Positions 29,030 to 39,315 of a stretch of 64,000 nucleotides of DNA are shown here, in pieces (position 1 is the first letter of the stretch; every line of letters begins with the position of its first letter). The position numbers and the translations under genes were made by a program. The notes under the pieces are model-generated. The model was not told where the DNA came from and did no database searches. It saw only the letters and a program-made list of their open reading frames with translations. The stretch lies in NCBI GenBank assembly GCA_002753335.1, contig PEAD01000004.1, positions 62,001-126,000 on the forward strand. The letters run 5' to 3'. This DNA is from Nitrospirae bacterium MYbin3. GTDB taxonomy: Bacteria; Nitrospirota; Thermodesulfovibrionia; Thermodesulfovibrionales; Dissulfurispiraceae.

Positions 29030-29904
29030 TTGGCCTTTTCTTTTTTTGCGGTAATAAATCCAAACTCTTCGACAACCTTCTGGCCTTGGGCGCTCAGAAA
29101 AATATTGATATACTCGTTGACTCGTGTATAGCCCCTTATGTAAACAAGATTAAGTTCGCGGATAATTGGATATTTCCCTGACAATACGGTCTCTTTTGTT
29201 GCCGCGATACCATCTATAGTCAACATTTTTATTGGCATGCCTTGTCTTATTAACGACTGGGCTGTGCCCAGAGAAACATAGCCTATTGTATTCGGCATTC
29301 CTCCCACCAATGTCGCTGCTTCTAGGTTAGAGCCTATTTCATAAGCATCTCTGGTGATAATTTCATCCGCTTTGAAAGATGTTTTGTTGTTGGATTTAGA
29401 AAAATGCCTGAGTCCGCTGTAGTTTTCAAACAACTCTAGAGTTGATCTGCCCGGTTGCTTTGACACAATAACCACCGGCATGTTCCATGTGGTTATTAAA
29501 CCCCAGTTTTTAATGCGCCCGTTAAAGAGGCCTATCAAAGCATCTTTCTTTATGTCGGTTAGCGGATTATTTTTGCTCACAATTATGGCAACGGCATCGT
29601 AGCCAACTGTAGTTTGCTTTAGTCTCACTTTTTCTTCAGGCTTTAAAGCTCTCGAAACCATACCTATATCAGAGGCTCCGGAAAGCCCGTCTTTTATTCC
29701 TTTTGCAGACCCGCCTCCGCGAACTACAACTTTTTCTCCGAATTCCTTTGTATGTATTTCAGCAATCTTTTCTGCCAGCGGTTGTATGGTGCTTGCGCCG
29801 GATATCCATAAAGTCTGTTTCGCCGCTCCCCCATATGCAACAGGCAGTACAAAAAAGAAAGGCAACGAAAAAAGTAGCACTATAAACAGGCTTTTTTTAG
29901 TCAT
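29026..29904 (-). CDS. PstS-like phosphate/oxyanion-binding periplasmic protein
   Basis: SGASTIQP, GGGSAKGI, DIGMVSR, GYDAVAI, IGYVS, SGKYPIIR. Confidence 0.8.
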   Translation of the reverse strand: MTKKSLFIVLLFSLPFFFVLPVAYGGAAKQTLWISGASTIQPLAEKIAEIHTKEFGEKVVVRGGGSAKGIKDGLSGASDIGMVSRALKPEEKVRLKQTTVGYDAVAIIVSKNNPLTDIKKDALIGLFNGRIKNWGLITTWNMPVVIVSKQPGRSTLELFENYSGLRHFSKSNNKTSFKADEIITRDAYEIGSNLEAATLVGGMPNTIGYVSLGTAQSLIRQGMPIKMLTIDGIAATKETVLSGKYPIIRELNLVYIRGYTRVNEYINIFLSAQGQKVVEEFGFITAKKEKAK

Positions 29905-31544
29905 GGTAACCTGTCCAGAGAGTTTCTTATTTTCAATAGCAGGCCAGCGGGATCAACAGGCTTTGATAAAAAATCAAAGCTTTCATGTAAGACTCCCTTT
30001 GTTCTGATTATGCTGTCCGTATATCCGCTCATATATAACACTCTCATGTCAGGCCTAATGAGCTTAATATCTTCGTAGGCGTCTATTCCGTTTTTAAACG
30101 GCATTATCACATCCAGAAGGAGAAGAGAAATCTTATCAGGATTTTTCTTGAACTTTTCAACCGCTTCCATTCCGTTTTCGGCCTCTATTGTTTTGTACCC
30201 ATATTCCTGAAGATGCATTTTGATTATTTCTCTGACCTGCTGGTCATCTTCCGCTATCAGTATCGTCTCTCCACCGCCTAAAGGCATAGACTTAGCAGGC
30301 TCGTTTGTTTCTTTATAATCAAGTTTTTTTGTTAGCGGCAGATATATTCTGAAAGTTGTACCCATCCCCAATTCGCTGTAAACATTAATGTTACCGTCAT
30401 GCTGTTTGATTATTCCGTATGCCATAGCCAAACCAAGCCCTGTTCCTTTGCCGACTTCCTTTGTGGTAAAAAACGGTTCAAAAATGTTTTCCCTTGTTTT
30501 TATGTCCATTCCTTTTCCTGTGTCCGACACCGTCAGCACCGCATAGTTGCCTACACTTTCGAAAAGATGGGCCTCAGCATAGCATCTGTCAATAGTCACA
30601 ACAGCTGTTTCTATGAGCAGATGTCCTCCTTCAGGCATTGCATCCCTGGCATTTGCAACAAGGTTCATAACCACCTGCTCTATCTGACCTGCATCAACCT
30701 TTACCATTATATCGCTGCTGAATAAATCTATTTTTAGTTCTATGTCCTCTTCTATAAGCCTGCGGAGCATCTTTTTCATGTTGGTGATTATTCTGTTTAA
30801 ATCTTGTGTTTGTGGAATTATTACCTGTTGTCTGCTAAAGGCAAGAAGCCCATGCGTCAGTTCAGCCGCCCGCTTTGCACTGGCAAGTATCTCTTCTATG
30901 AACCCTATTGTTTCTTCATCGTCTTTAATCTTCTTCTTTGCCATCACCCCGAAGCCGATAATTGCTTGGAGTATATTATTGAAATCATGCGCCACCCCAC
31001 CGGCAAGTGTCCCTACGGCCTCCATTTTATGAGCCTGCCGGAGTTGGTCTTCGAGTTTTTTCTTTTCTGTAATATCGATAACTATTTCTATTGCTGAAGT
31101 AACTTTGCCGCTATGGTCTTTAGATAGTGGGTATGCTTTTGTTTCTACATATACAGGATTCCCTTTCTGATCATAATGGGTATGTATGGCTTTTTTGTGT
31201 TTTCCTGTTTCAAATACATGTTTCACCGTGCAGGGATGGGATGATGCGTATTCATAGCAGGGTTTAGGGAAATGATGTGATATCTCATAACAATGCTTGC
31301 CGATTATATTCTCGATTGGTATCTTGACCATGTTCGAATAAGACCTGTTAGCGCACATAATCTTAAAATCACGGTCTATGATTATAAATCCCTCATCTAT
31401 GGTCTCGAGAATATGTTTTATTAACTCCTTCATATCCTCAAAGTTCTCGGAGATGGAAATGAAAAAACTATGGGGCGTTGCGCAGTCCTGCTTTGGCAAA
31501 TTTGGATTCAAATATGAATCGCCTTTCAACTCTTTAGTAATCAT
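29901..31544 (-). CDS. Cytoplasmic hybrid histidine kinase (Cys/His-rich PAS-HisKA-HATPase-REC)
   Basis: [40 protein letters not shown]-terminal receiver. Confidence 0.9.
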   Translation of the reverse strand: MITKELKGDSYLNPNLPKQDCATPHSFFISISENFEDMKELIKHILETIDEGFIIIDRDFKIMCANRSYSNMVKIPIENIIGKHCYEISHHFPKPCYEYASSHPCTVKHVFETGKHKKAIHTHYDQKGNPVYVETKAYPLSKDHSGKVTSAIEIVIDITEKKKLEDQLRQAHKMEAVGTLAGGVAHDFNNILQAIIGFGVMAKKKIKDDEETIGFIEEILASAKRAAELTHGLLAFSRQQVIIPQTQDLNRIITNMKKMLRRLIEEDIELKIDLFSSDIMVKVDAGQIEQVVMNLVANARDAMPEGGHLLIETAVVTIDRCYAEAHLFESVGNYAVLTVSDTGKGMDIKTRENIFEPFFTTKEVGKGTGLGLAMAYGIIKQHDGNINVYSELGMGTTFRIYLPLTKKLDYKETNEPAKSMPLGGGETILIAEDDQQVREIIKMHLQEYGYKTIEAENGMEAVEKFKKNPDKISLLLLDVIMPFKNGIDAYEDIKLIRPDMRVLYMSGYTDSIIRTKGVLHESFDFLSKPVDPAGLLLKIRNSLDRLP

Positions 31545-31636
31545 TAAGCAACCTCACATTTTTTCAAGATAGCATGATAATAAGACCTGCCCTAAGCAAT
31601 GCCGTTCTTTAAACAAAAAAATCTCTTGAAATATAA

Positions 31637-31652
31637 TGCAATTTGGATGCCG
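31637..31652 (-). promoter_or_regulatory. Sigma54 -24/-12 promoter for the kinase/PstS-like operon
   Basis: Minus strand CGGCATCCAAATTGCA (GG-N10-GC); upstream TGTTAC-N6-GAAAC boxes at 31694-31711 and 31787-31804. Confidence 0.7.
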
Positions 31653-31936
31653 CTTGTAACATTATGATTTTGTTGGATTTATGTTTGCCGATGTGTTACA
31701 TAAATGAAACATGTAAGGCTGAAAATAGTCATTGTTTTTAGGTGAATATCAGTGTGTAGATTGGTATTTATAAAGAAAATAGGTAGTGTTACGTTTGCGA
31801 AACTGTCACAAAAGGGCGGGAAGCTTTTTAAAAGGCTAAAGGCAAGGCATGTTGTACATGAAATTGCGGTAATTAATCAACGGCACTAGCTTTTAAACGA
31901 TGAGCTTCCGGATTATCCGATTTGTACGAATTGTTT

Positions 31937-32203
31937 TTATCCAAAAATATCGGCATGGCTGCCGGTGCGTATGAAAGTAACCGTCTGTGCCTCTTTGTCT
32001 ATGCGATAGATCAAGACCCAATCCGGCTCAATATGGCAGTCCCTGTGACCTTTCCAGTTGCCTGTCAAAGGGTGTTTTGTATCGAGTGGCTCCTGATTGA
32101 ACAGCTTTTGCATAACAGCCTGCAACTTAGCATCATCCCATCGTTGTTTTTTTACAAGTTTGTAGTCACGCTCAAACTGGTTTGTAGTTTTGAATTTCAG
32201 CAC
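31937..32203 (-). CDS. yafQ: Type II toxin, YafQ family
   Basis: HPLTGNWKGHRDCHIEPDWVLIY and RTGSHADIF. Confidence 0.9.
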   Translation of the reverse strand: MLKFKTTNQFERDYKLVKKQRWDDAKLQAVMQKLFNQEPLDTKHPLTGNWKGHRDCHIEPDWVLIYRIDKEAQTVTFIRTGSHADIFG

Positions 32204-32463
32204 TATGAATTCATCTTTCTGAAAAATTCATGAAGACTATCGTAACTGTGCAGAGTTGTCCCTTCCTCAGCATCCCGCATAGCTTTCAGGGTTGTCTTGT
32301 TGGGAATCTTTACAGCAAAAGGAAGTCCTTTCTGCAAACGTACCTGCGTGAGGAAAAGGCTTATTGCGTCGGTTGTGCTTATTCCCAGCTTTTTCAACAC
32401 CTTCTCAGCGTCAGCCTTTAAAGAAGGCTCTATTCTTGCCGTTATCATTGCCGTCTTTGCCAT
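32203..32463 (-). CDS. dinJ: Type II antitoxin, RelB/DinJ family
   Basis: ITARIEPSLK..AE..L..LGIS.TDAI..FL...GLPF...IPNKTT; overlaps toxin start. Confidence 0.9.
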   Translation of the reverse strand: MAKTAMITARIEPSLKADAEKVLKKLGISTTDAISLFLTQVRLQKGLPFAVKIPNKTTLKAMRDAEEGTTLHSYDSLHEFFRKMNS

Positions 32464-32487
32464 ACAACACCCCCTTGGATAAAACTA

Positions 32488-32509
32488 TTGTATCACAAAT
32501 GACATACAA
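32488..32509. promoter_or_regulatory. Probable antitoxin operator overlapping the TA promoter
   Basis: TTGTAT-N10-ATACAA palindrome ~25 bp upstream of dinJ, overlapping a minus-strand TGATACAAT extended -10. Confidence 0.55.
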
Positions 32510-32531
32510 ATACCTTATCGCACCACAAACC

Positions 32532-34415
32532 CTATTTCTGCAACAGCGCCTGTACCGTAGGGAACTGGTTCATGTCTGTATGCGGAAGGAAGAGCGCCGA
32601 CATATACTCGTCCATAAAGTTTCTCGAAACCGAAAGCTCTATGTAGGTCATTTTGGATGCGATATCTTCGGCCTCGCGCCTTAAATCCTCAGAAAGAAGA
32701 CAGAGGTAAGTACCTGTAACCGATGTGTTGCCCATAAACACAAATCGGTCCAAAGGCATATCAGGCAGCATGCCGAGTATTATCGCCCTTTCGATGTTGA
32801 TATAGTTTCCGAACCCTCCGGCTATATAAACTTTTTCTACAGAGTCAAGAGTAAAACCCACCTCACCCAACAGCGTTGTCACCCCGGCATATATCGCGGC
32901 CTTGGCCCTTAGCAGGTTCTCGATATCCACTTCTGTCAGGACTATATCCCTGTTGAGTTTTTCATCGTGGTAAAAAACAAACTCCGGCCCTTCTTCCCCG
33001 TCCTTGATCTTCGATGATTTTTCTTTAACGAATTTGCCTTTTTGATTCAATACTCCGGTAAGAAACATTTCGGAAACCGCATCAATCATGCCGGAGCCGC
33101 AGATGCCCATAGGATGGCCGCCGCCTATAACGCCGATAGTTGCTTCATAGGTTTGCGGGTCTATCTTGACCGACTCTATCGCTCCGGGAGTGGCCCTCAT
33201 TCCGCACCTTATGCCGCTGCCCTCAAAACAGGGGCCTGCAGAACATGCTGCGGTCATGAGCCATTCGTTGTTGCCTATCGCTATTTCGCCATTCGTGCCT
33301 ATGTCCATAAAAAGCGCAACCTCAGCATTCCTGTGCATCTTTGACGCCAGCACGCCCGCAACTATGTCGCCTCCCACATAACTAGCCACACACGGCACAG
33401 TGTAAAGAGGCGCCTGTTTGTTTATCTCGATCTTTGCTGTGCCTGCTTTCCAGAGCGGAAATTTATTGAGGGTCGGAATGTACGGCTCTTCGCGGATGGT
33501 CGCAGGATTAAGGCCCCAAAAAATATGCGCCATCGTCGTGTTTCCTGCAACCGCAGCGGTTTCTATTTCGCAAGTTTCTATGCGATGTTTTTCTTTCAGA
33601 GAATTCACTATCGTGTTTATGTCGCCGACAACTGCATCGCGCAGCTCATCGAGGCCTCCGCCCTCGGTGGCATAGACTATTCTGGTTATAACGTCATCGC
33701 CGTACCGCATCTGAGAATTATAAGTCGAGCCCACATCAACAATCTGGCCTGTCAGCAGATTTATCAGATAAACGACAACTGTTGTTGTGCCTATGTCCAC
33801 AGCAATTCCATAGCGCTTATAGCAAAACTCTTTCGAAGTGAGAAATATCGCTTCATTATAAATAACATCTCCGGTTACATATGTCAGCTCCACCTTCCAG
33901 TTAGAGTATCTAAGGGCCTCTACAGCTGTGGAGGTGAATCCATGCGAAAAACGCATATTGGTGATGCCCTTTTCTTCGAGCGCCCGCTGAATCCTTTCGA
34001 GGTCTCCGATGTTGTCGCTTATAGACGGATGGGGAAGGTCGAGCGCAACGCTCTTGATGGTCAAAGAAATATCAACACCGTAGGACCTTAGGTATTCGGC
34101 GAGATCTTTGGTTTTTGCTATGGATATTTTATCGCCGACTATTAGCCTCGATTCTTTCGGAATCTCGACAAGAAGATCATTGATAGGAAAGGTGGCGCAG
34201 GCGAGAGAAATGCCTGCTTCTTTATCTTTTGCGGTAAGCTTGCCCTGAGACGTAATATTGACGCCGCCTTCAAGCACCTTTACCCTGCACTTGCCGCAGG
34301 TGCCTTTGCCGCCGCAGGAAGCGGTCAAGTATATGCCGGACCGTTTAAGAGCCGCATAAATGCTCTCGCCCTGATTAACCTCAATAACTTCGTCTGATGT
34401 AAGTCTCAGTTTCAT
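32532..34415 (-). CDS. ASKHA-domain corrinoid reductive activator (RACo/AcsV, DUF4445) with N-terminal 2Fe-2S
   Basis: CGGKGTCGKC...LAC, DIGTTT, GDDVITRI, DIGTNGE, ACSAGPCFEG, GICGSG, AGGFG; start re-called at MKLRL 34415. Confidence 0.88.
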   Translation of the reverse strand: MKLRLTSDEVIEVNQGESIYAALKRSGIYLTASCGGKGTCGKCRVKVLEGGVNITSQGKLTAKDKEAGISLACATFPINDLLVEIPKESRLIVGDKISIAKTKDLAEYLRSYGVDISLTIKSVALDLPHPSISDNIGDLERIQRALEEKGITNMRFSHGFTSTAVEALRYSNWKVELTYVTGDVIYNEAIFLTSKEFCYKRYGIAVDIGTTTVVVYLINLLTGQIVDVGSTYNSQMRYGDDVITRIVYATEGGGLDELRDAVVGDINTIVNSLKEKHRIETCEIETAAVAGNTTMAHIFWGLNPATIREEPYIPTLNKFPLWKAGTAKIEINKQAPLYTVPCVASYVGGDIVAGVLASKMHRNAEVALFMDIGTNGEIAIGNNEWLMTAACSAGPCFEGSGIRCGMRATPGAIESVKIDPQTYEATIGVIGGGHPMGICGSGMIDAVSEMFLTGVLNQKGKFVKEKSSKIKDGEEGPEFVFYHDEKLNRDIVLTEVDIENLLRAKAAIYAGVTTLLGEVGFTLDSVEKVYIAGGFGNYINIERAIILGMLPDMPLDRFVFMGNTSVTGTYLCLLSEDLRREAEDIASKMTYIELSVSRNFMDEYMSALFLPHTDMNQFPTVQALLQK

Positions 34416-34592
34416 TAAGCACCTCTCAATAATTATGAAGAAACCTATTTGCCTGAATATTTTATCAGCTTTGAAGATTTTGTTGCGATACGCCCAATTT
34501 GAGCAAAAAAAAAACGCAACTAGTAGCAATTATAATGATATAATTGTATTTTATACATTAGCACATGATATATGAGGGGAAGAATTTAGGAA

Positions 34593-36878
34593 ATGGCCAC
34601 ATCGGCAAATTCAAACGACAACAAACTAGATCTCTCCAATATTGTGGGCTTGACCTCCGACCTGCTGTGCATAGCCCACACCGACGGATATTTCAAAAAA
34701 CTTAATAAGGCATGGACCGATATTCTCGGATATTCCATAGACGAGATGCTTTCAAAACCTATTTTTGATTTCATACATCCGGACGACCACGACACAACAG
34801 CAAAGGAAATCGGAAACCAGACAAAAGGGAAAACTACGCTGAATTTCATTAATCGCTACCGTGCAAAAGACGGCTCGTATCGATGGTTTGAATGGCGCGC
34901 AACGCCTGCCGATGCTGATGGATATTTGTTCGCCGCCGCAAGAGATATCAGCGAGCGGGTCCTCGCAGAAACTGCTTTGCGTGAAAATGAGGCCCGTCTG
35001 CGCGTAATATTCGATACATCTATAGCAGGAATTATTCTCGTTAGCCCTCAAGGCATCATAACCCTTGCCAATAATTTTATGTCAGATATGTTCGGATATA
35101 GCGCTGAGGAGATAATAGGTTTGCCATATACGGCTCTCATACATCCTGAAGAAAAATCCAGAGGCGACACGAAAATGCGCATGCTCATAAACCGGGAAAT
35201 AGACTTTGTGAACCTTGAACGGCACTATATACGCAAAGACGGAACAGATTTCTGGGGAAATTTAAGCGGCCGTCGTCAGGAGGACGAGAACGGCAAGCTG
35301 CTTAATCTTGTAGGCATTATCACCGACATAACCGAGCGCAAGAAAACAGAAAAGGCGCTCATATCGTCAGAAAAACGGTTCAGAGATCTGCTCGAAAATG
35401 TTCAATTAATAGCGGTTATACTTGATGATAAAGGCAACATCACCTTCTGCAATGACTATTTACTGAGACTGACAGGATGGTCGAGGGATGAGGTCATCAA
35501 CAAAAGCTGGTTCGAAATCTTTCTGCCCCATAATGTCAGGAATTCGGTCAAAACTATTTTCGATTCTGCAATAAAGGCTTCCAATATACCCACTCATTAT
35601 GAAAATCCGCTAATCACCCGCCAGGGAGCAGAATTAGATGTTGTTTGGGACAATGCTGCTATGCTGGACGGGCATGGCAGATGCATAGGTACAGCAAGCA
35701 TAGGCATAGACGTGACCGAACACCGAAAGGTCGAAGCACAGCTGAGGCAATCCCAGAAAATGGAGGCTGTCGGCCATCTGGCCGGAGGAGTAGCACATGA
35801 CTTCAACAATCTGCTGACAGCCATAATAGGGTATGCCGGACTTCTGAAAAACAAAATACTCTCCTCTGACAATACGCTGCATGATTATGTGCTGCAAATC
35901 CTTGCCGCATCGCAAAAGGCGGCCGACCTTACGCAAAGCCTTCTTGCTTTCAGCAGAAAGCAGATGTTGAACCCCAAGACTATAGACATAAATGAAATTA
36001 TTGGCAGCCTGCAAAAAATATTGATAAGGGTGATTGGTGAGGATATTGAACTAAAAGTGAACCGTACGAGCGCTAAACTGATCGTTAAGGCGGATCAAGG
36101 CCAAATAGAGCACGCGCTTATGAATCTGGCCACCAATGCCCGTGACGCAATGTCCAATGGAGGAATACTAACGATAACCTCAGAGCTCGGCAAAATAGAC
36201 AACCTTTTTGTACAAACACACGGATACGGTGATGGTGGTGCATATGCAGTAATTTCTGTTTCGGATACCGGCTCAGGCATGTCCGAAACCGTCAAACAGC
36301 ATATCTTCGAGCCATTTTTTACTACCAAAGAAGTGGGCAGAGGCACCGGTCTTGGTTTAGCTATGGTCTATGGAACAGTAAAACAGCATAACGGGTTTAT
36401 CATAGTAAACAGCGAACAGGGCAAAGGTTCCACTTTCAAAATATATCTGCCTTTGGTTGAAAAAGAATCAGAAATATCCCAGAAGCCGCAGGATTCCAAA
36501 ATAATCTTAGGCAGCGAGACTATCCTTCTCATAGAAGATGACGCATTTGTGCGGGATGTAACCTCAGCCTTGCTGCAAGAGCTCGGTTATACCGTGATAG
36601 AAGCAAACGGAGGAGAAGAAGCAAAAAAACTTTTTAACGAGAACAAAGACAGTATAGAGCTTGTCATATCTGATGTCATCATGCCCGGACAAAGCGGGAA
36701 AGAAGTGCATGAAGAACTGCTAAAAATCAAACCTGATCTAAAAATATTATTTATAAGCGGCTACGCAGCCCAATTTCTTTCTGAAAAAGGCATTTTAGAC
36801 AAAGGAATAAGCCTAATATCAAAACCGTTCAGATCCGATACCCTTTCGAGAAAAATCCGCGAGGTATTGGCTAAGTAG
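34593..36878 (+). CDS. Multi-PAS hybrid histidine kinase
   Basis: Three PAS/PAC repeats, GGVAHDFNN, HATPase, C-terminal receiver. Confidence 0.92.
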   Translation: MATSANSNDNKLDLSNIVGLTSDLLCIAHTDGYFKKLNKAWTDILGYSIDEMLSKPIFDFIHPDDHDTTAKEIGNQTKGKTTLNFINRYRAKDGSYRWFEWRATPADADGYLFAAARDISERVLAETALRENEARLRVIFDTSIAGIILVSPQGIITLANNFMSDMFGYSAEEIIGLPYTALIHPEEKSRGDTKMRMLINREIDFVNLERHYIRKDGTDFWGNLSGRRQEDENGKLLNLVGIITDITERKKTEKALISSEKRFRDLLENVQLIAVILDDKGNITFCNDYLLRLTGWSRDEVINKSWFEIFLPHNVRNSVKTIFDSAIKASNIPTHYENPLITRQGAELDVVWDNAAMLDGHGRCIGTASIGIDVTEHRKVEAQLRQSQKMEAVGHLAGGVAHDFNNLLTAIIGYAGLLKNKILSSDNTLHDYVLQILAASQKAADLTQSLLAFSRKQMLNPKTIDINEIIGSLQKILIRVIGEDIELKVNRTSAKLIVKADQGQIEHALMNLATNARDAMSNGGILTITSELGKIDNLFVQTHGYGDGGAYAVISVSDTGSGMSETVKQHIFEPFFTTKEVGRGTGLGLAMVYGTVKQHNGFIIVNSEQGKGSTFKIYLPLVEKESEISQKPQDSKIILGSETILLIEDDAFVRDVTSALLQELGYTVIEANGGEEAKKLFNENKDSIELVISDVIMPGQSGKEVHEELLKIKPDLKILFISGYAAQFLSEKGILDKGISLISKPFRSDTLSRKIREVLAK

Positions 36879-36909
36879 GTTAGTCGCATACAAGGGGGGA
36901 AAAACCCAA

Positions 36910-38655
36910 ATGCACCTAGAACAGGAAGAAATAAGCGACGTAATCCGTTGGCTTATAAAACTCCGCTGGATTGGATGCGTTGGTGTATTAATAGCAACTT
37001 TTATCGTGAGGGATATTTCGGGGCTCGACTTCTCGATTATTCCGGCAATAATAATCTTATGTTTTGTCGCTTCATACAACCTGTTCTTCGATTACCTCTA
37101 CAGAAGCCGCCATCAATGGCGCAACCGCTTTACCTTAGCACAGATAGGGCTTGACTATATTGCGCTGGCTGCAGCGGTCTATTTCTCGGGCGGAATCGGC
37201 AGCCCCCTTCTGTATTTCTATGTCTTTCATGTTGTTATCAGCGGAATAGTTTTACCCTCTAACTGGATATTCAGGGTGGTCATGACAGGAATAGCTCTGC
37301 CCTTGATTGTAGAATTTATGTCAGCAACAGGAATCTTGCCGGCATCCCCAGAATTCAGGTTCAGATTTTTTGAAACCAACCCCTCTATTGCTGTTGCCTG
37401 CGGAGCTGTTTTTGTCTGCACAATGATTCTAACCGCATATTTCCTGCTTTACCTTGTGACCAGACTTCACAAGAGGCAGGACAAGTTGAACAAATACTAC
37501 CAGCTTGCAGAAAGCCTCAAGTCCACTATAGTTATGGATGAGATAATAGGCATCATTAAAGAAGATTTTTTGTCTCTGGCCTCCATAACAAATATATGCT
37601 ATATGCGCTTTAACCACAAAACCATCGCCTTAGAGTATAAGAAACCTGAAGCAGAAAGACAGGCAGGCATTGAAGAAAGTGTAATAAGCATGCCGCTTAC
37701 CGAACAGAATCCACTCACAGAGACATTCTTATCCTGTATTGCCTGTGTTCTTTATGCAAACAATGCCGAGACCGCTGCAGAAAAACAGCTCTTTGCGCAG
37801 ATGATGAAAAATGCAAAAGAAGTTGTGGTATTGCCTGTCTGGTCAACCTTTGCAAAAAAATGTTATGAGTTCTTTCACTGCACCTCAGATAAAAACTGTC
37901 CCGCTTACAACAGTCCCGACCCGAGATGCTGGACCATGCCCGGAACTATGTGCAAAGGAACAAAAAAAGACAGCCTTGAGGAAAAACTGAAAGACTGCGC
38001 AGATTGTGACATGTTTATGCCTGAAGGCTTATTTATTCTGGATGTCACACGCCACAGGGATGATAAAGAGGCCTTTGATTTAGATGTCTGCATAGGCTTG
38101 CTGGACACCGCCAGCTTAGCAATATCCAACGCCAAGCTATACGAAAAAACAGTAAAGCTGTCACAAACAGACAGCTTGACAGGCTTTAAAAACCGCAGGA
38201 CTTTTTTCGCGCTGATGGATGCCGAAATAAACCGCTCGAAGAGGTATGAAAAGAAATTCGGACTTATGATGCTGGATATAGACCATTTTAAAAACTATAA
38301 CGACACCAACGGACATCCTGAAGGAGACGCTCTGCTAAGAAGCCTAGCCGAAGTCCTTAACTCAGCCACGAGAGGGAGCGATATAATCGGAAGATACGGC
38401 GGGGAAGAGTTCATAGTTCTTTTCACAGAAACCACCAAGGATGCGGTTCTAATGGTTGCTGAGCGTATGCGTGCTGCGGTTGAAGCCCATCCTTTCCCCC
38501 ACAGAGAAAAGCAGCCTCAAGGGAAGTTGACCATAAGCATCGGGGTGTCGGTATTCCCAGAAAATGGCAATGATACTGAGCAGCTATTGCAGGCTGCCGA
38601 TGCCGCCCTTTATGCCGCAAAAAAGAATGGAAGAAATCGTGTTGTGGCAGCTTAA
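36910..38655 (+). CDS. Membrane diguanylate cyclase with Cys-rich insertion
   Basis: N-terminal TM bundle, RYGGEEF with RxxD I-site (RGSD), CYEFFHC..CPAY..CW..CKG..CADC segment. Confidence 0.88.
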   Translation: MHLEQEEISDVIRWLIKLRWIGCVGVLIATFIVRDISGLDFSIIPAIIILCFVASYNLFFDYLYRSRHQWRNRFTLAQIGLDYIALAAAVYFSGGIGSPLLYFYVFHVVISGIVLPSNWIFRVVMTGIALPLIVEFMSATGILPASPEFRFRFFETNPSIAVACGAVFVCTMILTAYFLLYLVTRLHKRQDKLNKYYQLAESLKSTIVMDEIIGIIKEDFLSLASITNICYMRFNHKTIALEYKKPEAERQAGIEESVISMPLTEQNPLTETFLSCIACVLYANNAETAAEKQLFAQMMKNAKEVVVLPVWSTFAKKCYEFFHCTSDKNCPAYNSPDPRCWTMPGTMCKGTKKDSLEEKLKDCADCDMFMPEGLFILDVTRHRDDKEAFDLDVCIGLLDTASLAISNAKLYEKTVKLSQTDSLTGFKNRRTFFALMDAEINRSKRYEKKFGLMMLDIDHFKNYNDTNGHPEGDALLRSLAEVLNSATRGSDIIGRYGGEEFIVLFTETTKDAVLMVAERMRAAVEAHPFPHREKQPQGKLTISIGVSVFPENGNDTEQLLQAADAALYAAKKNGRNRVVAA

Positions 38656-38680
38656 TCCTGAACAAAAACAAAAAAGCGTT

Positions 38681-39241
38681 TTATCTGCCTTCAAGCAGTC
38701 TTCTAAAACAGGCGTACTTTCTAAGGTTGTCGTAGGTCTTTGATGTTTTTATATAGTGCCAATTGTTGTAGCCGTGTTCAATAGCTAATTTAAGCCATTT
38801 GCAGGCCTCTTCGGATTCATTCCTAGCGCTAAACAGTTCGGACATGCTGTTCAATGCATAGATGTTGTCAGGGCTTAATTCGAGGGCTTTTTTTATGTCG
38901 TTTTCTGCATCTTCGTATTTGCCCATAAGTATATAAGTGAAGCCCCTGTTGTTGTAGGCCATCCCATTTTGAGGGTTAAGCTCTATGGCCTTGTTGAAGT
39001 CGACCACAGAAAGATCGTATTTGCCCACCTCCTGAAACACATTGCCTCTGTTTATAAGGGCAGAGTCAAATGAGGGGTTTATCTCTATCGCTTTATTGAA
39101 ATCATATATCGAGAGATCGTACTCGCCTTTTTTTTCATGCGCGATGCCCCTGTTGTTGTAGGCTCTGTAGTCAGTCGGGTTCTGCTCTATCGCCTTCGTG
39201 TATTTGGCGACCGTGGCATCATATTTCCATTTTTTTGACAT
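38681..39241 (-). CDS. Tetratricopeptide repeat protein
   Basis: Repeated AYNNRG...FNKAIEINP units. Confidence 0.9.
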   Translation of the reverse strand: MSKKWKYDATVAKYTKAIEQNPTDYRAYNNRGIAHEKKGEYDLSIYDFNKAIEINPSFDSALINRGNVFQEVGKYDLSVVDFNKAIELNPQNGMAYNNRGFTYILMGKYEDAENDIKKALELSPDNIYALNSMSELFSARNESEEACKWLKLAIEHGYNNWHYIKTSKTYDNLRKYACFRRLLEGR

Positions 39242-39315
39242 AAGCTCTTTGTGCTCTCCGGTGAAACGCTTTTGAATATACTAACAGATAACCGGTAATC
39301 AAAAAAACTTCAAAA

